Source: Octopus vulgaris (lineage: Eukaryota). From it: DNA of 64,000 nt. Location: contig OX597818.1 in assembly GCA_951406725.2 (NCBI GenBank), forward strand, positions 131,812,001-131,876,000, given 5' to 3'. The notes under the pieces are model-generated. The model ran no database searches. It worked only from the letters and a program-made list of their open reading frames with translations, and was not told where the DNA came from. Positions within the stretch are counted from its first letter, which is position 1. Each line of letters starts with the position of its first letter. This document shows positions 57,110-64,000 of this stretch, one piece after another. The position numbers and the translations under genes were made by a program.

Positions 57110-57558
57110 ACATTGCAGGAGGTGATAACCAGTCCTGTGACAAGAATGAGGACAACTGGAGGATCTTTGGATGCTGAGCCTCACTGAGGAAATGACGATA
57201 GAACAGGAAATGTGGCGATTTGCTGTACTTGATAAGACATGTCAAGCTAAATAAAATTGCTATCTTCCACGTATATTGGCTTGTCCTTTCAGGTGTCACT
57301 GCCACTAAAAAAGCACCCAAGCTGGTGATGTGTTAAAGCACCTGTTCCAGTACCGCGAAAATACCTCCATGCTGGTGGCATGTAAAAAGCGCCCACCCAG
57401 CACACTTTTAAGTGGTTCGGATGAGGAAGGGCATCAAGCCATAGAAACCATGCCTCAACAGACAGCTATAATCTGGACAGCTCGCTGCTAGCCAGCTCCA
57501 CATAAAACCGTCCAACTCATGCCAGCTTGAAAAGCAGATGTTAAACAATGATGATGAT
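57110..57558 (+). mobile_element. RTE-type LINE: ORF2 end joined to the shared 3' module and (GAT)n tail
   Basis: 57162-57254 reads DLWMLSLTEEMTIEQEMWRFAVLDKTCQAK*, followed by aaaaagcaccc-type units, aggaagggcatc...catgccagc...gttaaacaatgatgatg. Confidence 0.72.
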
Positions 57559-57708
57559 GTACTGCACTAACTCCTGTTTTGCTAGTCTCATTTAAAAAGC
57601 AGCAGAGTAGTGCAAATGGGTCACTCCCATTCCTAACATAACTGAGGAACCATTCTGAAAATTAACTAGGAGATCGTCACTCCCAAAGTGGTATATATGT
57701 CCCACATA

Positions 57709-57939
57709 AGGCGGCGAGCTGGCAGAAACGTTAGCACGCCGGGCGAAATGCTTAGCGGCATTTCGTCTGCGTTACGTTGTGAGTTCAAATTCTGCCGAGG
57801 TCGACTTTGCCTTTCATCCTTTCGGGGTTGATAAATTAAGTACCAGTTACGCACTGGGGTCGATGTAATCGACTTAATACCTATGTCTGTCCTTGTTTGT
57901 CCCCTCTGTGTTTAGCCCCTTGTAGGTAATAAAGAAATA
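57709..57939 (+). mobile_element. Young full-length SINE family B with perfect 19-bp TSD
   Basis: GGTATATATGTCCCACATA at 57690-57708 and 57940-57958; CpGs retained. Confidence 0.96.
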
Positions 57940-58251
57940 GGTATATATGTCCCACATACCACTGTTAGCTGTTGAACCTGTATTGAAGCCATCCCTTTTG
58001 ACATGTTTTCTAAAAATCTACCTCATCAGCCTAGCATGTCATTCATGACATGCCTATGTAACAGGTTGTAGAGGACTGTATTTTAGTAGTAACAATAAAT
58101 GTAACCTAATACACACACACACACTTGCACACAGGCTACCCAAAATCTCTAACCTTGACGGAGGTAAAGGCTCAAGGAATTAACATTTTAGAGAAATAGT
58201 AACACAAAATAATATACTTCAATTAGAATAAGCTACTAAATAAAGTTCTTC

Positions 58252-58416
58252 GGAGTGGCTGTGTGGTAAGTAGCTTGTTTACCAGCCACATGGTTCCGGG
58301 TTCAGTCCCACTGCGTGGCACCTTGGGTAAGTGTCTTCTACTATAGCCTCGGGCCGACCAAAGCCTTGTAAGTGGATTTGGTAGACGGAAACTGAAAGAA
58401 GCCCATTGTATATATG

Positions 58417-58451
<35 letters not shown>

Positions 58452-58669
58452 TTGTGTGTCTGTGTTTGTCCCCCTAGCATTGCTTGACAACCGATGCTGG
58501 TGTGTTTATGTCCCCGTTACTTAGCGGTTCGGCAAAAGGGACCGATAGAATAAGTACTGGTCTTACAAAAGAATAAGTCCCGGGGTCGAGTTGCTCGATC
58601 AAAGGCGGTGCTCCAGCATGGCCGCAGTCAAATGACTGAAACAAGTAAAAGAGTAGAAGAGAGAGAGAG
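58252..58669 (+). mobile_element. Near full-length SINE family A
   Basis: ggagtggctgtgtggtaagtagc...ggttcagtccc...aaatgactgaaacaagtaaaagag. Confidence 0.95.
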
Positions 58670-59545
58670 TATACGCACACACGTGTATGCATGTGTGTGT
58701 GTGTGGTGTGTGTCTGTGTGTGTGTGCATGCTCACGTGTGTGCATCTGAGACTGTTTTACAACCAGTGTTGTTTATGTGGTGTCATTTTATATCCTGTAA
58801 CTTAGTGATTCAACAAATATTCTGATAAAATAAGTGGCAAACTTAAAATAATTACTGGGGTCCATACAATTGAACACAGACACACATATCTACTTCTACA
58901 TACATAGAGAAAGAGTGAGAGAGGGAGAGTGTGTGGCAAACATTTATACAGTGGGGAAGTTTACAATGAGAAAAGCATAAAACACTGAGATAGACAGATA
59001 GGAAAGGATATGTATAAAGGGTACATAGATGCAGTTGTTTTCTGCGACTGATTTGCATTACATGTCATATCGAGAGAGAGAGAGAGAGTGGGGAACAGCA
59101 CAGCATGCCTGAGAGATATACATATAGAGAGAAGATGAGAGAGTGCTTGGTAAATATATATATAGGGGAAAAGTGTAAAAGACGAAGACAGACAGAGAGA
59201 TAGGTAGATGGACAGAACTCACACATACATGCGACACAACTCACATACACATGCGACACAATTCATACACACATGTGACAACTCACGCACACATGCACAT
59301 GTAAACTTACTCAGGTAATCATTGAATTTAAGACGGTGGATTCTAAAGACATTCAAAGTTGGCAATCTGGCAGTTCAGTTATTTCTTGGCGCAAATTATA
59401 TTTTTTGACTAATAAACATTGAAAAAATTCCTCTTTAGAGGTAAATTCCAAAATCCACATCTGAATTTCTCAAATACACATTCTGTTGTGGCATTTAGGA
59501 AATACACACACATATACATACACAAGAAATCGTTTATATAGCAGG

Positions 59546-59614
<69 letters not shown>

Positions 59615-60154
59615 GCACATACACATATACTTATACACACATATATACATACATAAATAAATATATATACATATACATATATATGTACAAACATGCATAC
59701 GTATACATATATGTATACATCTCCATATATATACACATATATACACACACATGTATACATACATATATATATATATATACATACATACATACATACACAC
59801 ATATATATATGTGTGTGTATATAGACAAAGGTAAGTAGGATACTTACTAACCACATGGCTCCTGGTTCAGTCCCACAACATAATACATTTGGCAAGCATT
59901 TTCTACTATACACACACATATATGAATACATATATATACACACATATATATACATACATATATATATAACACATGTATATATATTTGCATATATATATAT
60001 ATACATTTGCATATGTTGAGGCAAGTGAAATCGAAATCAAATTCGATGACAGCACTGCATGACTGGCATCCATGCTAGTAATTGTTTCTCAAGCAACTGA
60101 CTGGCTCCCATGCTGGTGCAACTTAAAATCAGGAAAGGAAAGAAAAGACAGAGA

Positions 60155-60188
60155 ACCTCACATTTTGAGCGAAGCTCTTCATCAGAAA
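60155..60188 (-). ncRNA. Decayed minimal hammerhead-like motif (probably inactive)
   Basis: The minus strand reads CTGATGA-A-GAGC-TTC-GCTC-AAAA-TGT. Two CpG transitions would derive this from the minimal pattern ...GCTC-GAAA-CGT. Confidence 0.5.
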
Positions 60189-61190
60189 TATATAGAAAAA
60201 TCCAAAGAAGGGAAGACATAGAGAGAAAATCGCAAACAATATGCACACAGTCACATATTGAAATGACTGGAAGGGAATGGGTGAAGAAAAAGTTCTTTCA
60301 AAGACAGGAAAGTGCAAGAGAAGGTGGTATGTGTGTGTATGTATCAGTATGTGTGTGTGCGCAGGCCTGTGTGAGTGTGTGTATGTGTAATGATACCACA
60401 GGATGTGCATGTGTGTGTGTGTGTGTGTGCATGTGTATGTACATATATATGTGTATGCATATGTGCATGTGTGAGGCATGTATGTATATATTGTGTTTGT
60501 ATGTGTATGCGTGTGTATGTGAGTTTGTGTATGCGTGTGTGCATGGGTTGTGTGGGGGGTTATATATGTGTAGGCATATATGTGCGTTCCTGTGTGTATG
60601 TGCATGCGTGTTTATGTGCATGTATGTGTGTGTGTGCCCATGTGTGTATAACTGTGTGCATGTCTGTATGAGTATGCATGTGTATGTATGTGTGCATGTA
60701 TGTGCATGTGTATGTGTGTGAGCGTCTGTTCGCACGTGTGTATGTGTGTGCATGTGTAAACGTGGAGATATGTCAGGTTGTGTGTATACGTGTGTGCTTG
60801 AGTATGTATGTCTATGTGGTTGTGTATGTGAGTATGTTTGTGTGTGCATGTATATGTGTGTCTGTGTGTGCGTGGTGTTGTGTGGATTAGGTGCCTGTAT
60901 ATTCCTCTGTGTGTGTGTGTGTGTGTGCGCGTGCGTTTTTGTACATGTGTGTATGTGCATAGGTGTATGTGGGTGTGTGTATATATATATATACATATAT
61001 ATATACACACACACGCATATAAATACATATATATACACACATATTTATATACATATATATAAACAAACATATATATACACACACACACACACACATATAT
61101 GTATATATATATATATATATACATATACGCCACGACAGATCACAAGCCACTATACATTCTTTATTTTCTCTCCTTGTTTCTTACTGTGTT

Positions 61191-61229
61191 CCTTTCTGTG
61201 GGAGAGCGCAGGCTTGAAACGTTAATGAC
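61191..61229 (+). ncRNA. Decayed minimal hammerhead-like motif (probably inactive)
   Basis: CTGTGGGA-GAGC-GCAG-GCTT-GAAA-CGT: a stem II hairpin, GAAA and palindromic ACGT are present, but the CUGANGA box is altered. Confidence 0.4.
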
Positions 61230-61319
61230 TATTTCACTTCCCGAGCATTAAACTAATACATCTGTTTGTTGTCTCCACCACCTGTCTTCCTCCTTTGTTT
61301 TTTTTGTGAATTCTCCCCA

Positions 61320-61360
<41 letters not shown>

Positions 61361-61432
61361 TATATATATATATTTACATATACACACATATATATATTTA
61401 CACATACACAGATATATATATATTTTATCTAT

Positions 61433-62000
61433 GTCTTCTCTCCTGGTGCTGTATGAATTTTTGATGTGATTTTAGAGTCAAGTTTTGACTGCTATATCTA
61501 GCATGATGGAATCTTTTAGATACCTTGAATTATAATTTTAATAATTATTACCTATGAGATTTTATTACCATGTTAGCCACTTGATATGATTGGTATTTTA
61601 AATAACGATTTTATCCTTATTTATATAAATTTATATATTTACTTTGTTATTATATTCACTGCGGTAGTATTTTGACCATTATAGCATGTTGAGTTTAGAG
61701 AGGTAATTTAAAATGGTCATGTGCATACATGCATATATATGTGTATATGTAAGTATTTGTATGTTGTATATATATATATATTTGTATTTATGTACTATTT
61801 TGTGTATATTCTACTGATGAGGCAAAGCATTTCTTATGCAAAGTCAGAAATCCGGGATCTGGAATTACCCAATAATTTTTTGCTAGTTTATTTTTTCTCT
61901 TTGTCCTCTCCTGGTGTGAATATTCATTGTGGTTTTAGAGTTAAGTTTTGACTGCTATCTCTAGCATAATGGTATCTTTTAGATACCCTTAATTATTATT
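61433..62000 (+). mobile_element. ~470-bp unit bounded by ~95-bp direct repeats and carrying a hammerhead motif (retrozyme-like or non-autonomous Penelope-like)
   Basis: ctctcctggtg...ttttagagt-aagttttgactgctat-tctagcat-atgg-atcttttagatacc occurs at about 61437-61524 and 61905-61987 (tcctggtg at 61441 and 61909). No ORF. Confidence 0.65.
61808..61865 (+). ncRNA. Putative type I hammerhead ribozyme with minimal stem III
   Basis: Stem I ATTCTA/TGGAAT; core CTGATGA; stem II GGC-AAA-GCAT(TTCTT)ATGC-AAA-GTC; A-GAAA; stem III TCC(G)GGA; cleavage triplet AUC (cut after C61859). One extra A before GAAA departs from the canonical core. Confidence 0.68.
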
Positions 62001-62089
62001 ATAATATATATATATATAAATTATTTTTTCTGTTATTGGACACCTCAAAAATTCTGAATCGTTCTACTTGAACTTATTTTTTTCTCACC

Positions 62090-62447
62090 TATGTATGTAT
62101 GTATGTATGTATCTTAGGGGGACCCCCTTCGGTCACAACACTGACCATGGGATTGCACCTAGAAAGTTACCCTCCTAGACACAAGTCTGGGCAAGGTGGT
62201 TTATGGAAGACCAGCAGTCGCCCATGCATACCGGCCTCCCCTCTCCATGCCACCAGTGTTATCCAAAGGAAAGGCAAAGGCTGATACAGCTTGGCACCCG
62301 TGACATCGCAACTCATTTCTACGGCTGAGTGAACTGGAGCAACGTGAAATAAAGTGTCTTGCTCAAGAACACAACACGCAGCCCGGTCCGGGATTCAAGC
62401 TCACAACCTCACGATCGTAAGCTCAACGCTCTAACCACTGAGCCATG
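62090..62447 (-). mobile_element. tRNA-derived SINE, family D, with (CATA)n tail
   Basis: The minus strand reads TGGCTCAGTGGTTAGAGCG (A box), GCTTGAATCCC (B-box-like), then ttgtgttcttgagcaagacacttt, a core motif of the V/Meta-SINE type. Confidence 0.88.
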
Positions 62448-62845
62448 TATGTATCTATCTATATATATCTATCTCTCTCTCTCTCTATATATATATATAT
62501 ACACACACACATATATATATATGAAATGTTTGTCCCACCAGCATAAATATATAAACAGACATACGTATGTACATAATTCATCATTCCTAGAATCGTGTTA
62601 CATCACATGCATGCATGGACAGATATTAGTTAACCTATCCAGGTTCTCTAGCATGTTAGTGAAATGGATGTATGAATATTCTCTTTCCATATATATATAT
62701 TACAATATTCTTCAAACGTTCCACCTGTATTCTCAGCTATGGTTCCAGTGTTATTCAACATTGCTGTTCTAGACACATTAATCATGTTTGCTTCTTGCAG
62801 TTACGTCAGTGTTATGTAAAATGTTCCAATCATTTTCACATACAT

Positions 62846-63016
62846 GGCGCAGGAGTGGCTGTGTGGTAAGTAGCTTGCTAACTAACCACATGGTTCCGGG
62901 TTCAGTCCCACTGCGTGGCATCTTGGGCAAGTGTCTTCTGCTATAGCCCCGGGCCGATCAATGTCTTGTGAGTGGATTTGGTAGATGGAAACTGAAAGAA
63001 GCCTGTTGTATATATG

Positions 63017-63047
<31 letters not shown>

Positions 63048-63245
63048 TTGTTTGTCCCCCTAGCATTGCTTGACAACCGATGCTGGTGTGTTTACGTCCC
63101 CGTCACTTAGCGGTTCGGCAAAAGAGACCGATAGAATAAGTACTGGGCTTACAAAGAATAAGTCCCGGGGTCGATTTGCTCGACTAAAGGCGGTGCTCCA
63201 GCATGGCCACAGTCAAATGACTGAAACAAGTAAAAAAGTAAAAGA
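62846..63245 (+). mobile_element. Full-length SINE family A
   Basis: GGCGCAGGAGTGGCTGTGTGGTAAG...GACTGAAACAAGTAAAA. Confidence 0.96.
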
Positions 63246-63445
63246 CATGCAAATTCATATATACATGCATATGTACAAATATACACACTTTTACTCAAAT
63301 ACATTCACACATACCTTCTGATATGAATACACATACCTTCACACAAACTCTTTCATACATACATGCATTACTGAGCACAGAGTTTTCTTATATAGTGTGG
63401 TAAAATAAAAGTCACTGCAGTCACACAGTTTGCATATTGAGTATT

Positions 63446-63821
63446 GTCGCAATGTCCCAGTGGTTAGCGCAGTGGACTCGCGGTCATACGATCGCGGTTT
63501 TGATTCCCAGACAGGGCGTTGTGAGTGTTTATTGAGCGAAAACACCTAAAAGCTCCACGAGGCTCTGGCAGGGGGTGGTGGCGATCCCTGCTGTACTCTT
63601 TCACCACAACTTTCTCTCACTCTTTCTTCCTGTTTCTGTTGTACCTGTATTTCAAGGGGCCGGCCTTGTCACTCTCTGTGTCATGCTGAATATCCCCGAG
63701 AACTACGTTAAGGGTGCACATGTCTGTGGAGTGCTCAGCCACTTACACGTTAATTTCACGAGCAGGCTGTTCCGTTGATTCGGATCAACTGGAACCCTCG
63801 TCGTCGTAACCGACGGAGTGC
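63446..63821 (+). mobile_element. tRNA-derived SINE, family C
   Basis: tgtcccagtggttagcgc (A-box-like) and ggttttgattccc (B-box-like), then a CpG-rich body of about 300 bp sharply bounded by AT-rich DNA. Confidence 0.8.
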
Positions 63822-64000
63822 TTCCATCCCATTGTTCTCTATAGCAGTAAGGGTTGGACAACAAATATGAACCACAAGCACAATCTTAACAACTACTATC
63901 TACAGTGCTTAAGTTTCTCCTAACAGAATGAAGTACCAAATAAGGATGAACTGAACCAACCATGCTGAGCATGTATGTTCTACTCATACAGCAAAGCTTG

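Larger units (their letters stand above)
59545..61430. repeat. Large compound TA/CA/TG microsatellite field with embedded repeat fragments
   Basis: Dinucleotide tracts are interrupted by a SINE A head (about 59828-59910), a LINE-3'-module fragment (about 60020-60125) and hammerhead-like fragments. Confidence 0.95.
55364..64000 (-). other. FUZ: Probable FUZ intron upstream of the exon (first coding exon likely beyond the window)
   Basis: Ends at the T-rich TAG acceptor at 55364-55365. No exon encoding the expected N-terminal LxCL...GxPLF motif was found up to 64000. Confidence 0.6.

Noticed and set aside
59311-59500. Possible FUZ first exon (GTAAGT donor on the minus strand)
   Set aside because: No frame resembles the FUZ N-terminus, and stops occur nearby.
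59409-61225. Overlapping 100-246 aa ORFs on both strands
   Set aside because: Same microsatellite artefact; no domain-like content.
62395-63520. tRNA-like heads with A/B boxes
   Set aside because: No complete cloverleaf or acceptor stem, and each continues into a SINE body, so they were not called as tRNA genes.

Overview
AT-rich, CpG-poor eukaryotic genomic DNA dominated by tRNA-derived SINEs, truncated LINEs, DNA-transposon relics and long CA/TA microsatellites. The repeat complement resembles Octopus or another coleoid cephalopod (inference from recalled repeat families, not a database search). The only host coding sequence I can support is one 122-bp minus-strand exon (55242-55363) encoding part of the first longin domain of the CPLANE/planar-cell-polarity protein Fuzzy (FUZ); the supplied ORF track does not contain this peptide. 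I found no neighbouring FUZ exons, so most of the window is probably intron. Most notable observations: (i) a near-canonical type I hammerhead-ribozyme fold inside a direct-repeat-bounded unit of about 470 bp, with two decayed minimal hammerhead-like motifs nearby; (ii) two concentric inverted SINE pairs enclosing the FUZ exon; (iii) a 237-bp gap-free palindrome with a tRNA-like arm; (iv) RTE-type LINE 3' ends carrying variable tandem-repeat modules. Almost all listed ORFs are microsatellite or repeat artefacts. Coordinates and mismatch counts are by hand, repeat boundaries are approximate, and 'family A-D' are my own working labels.
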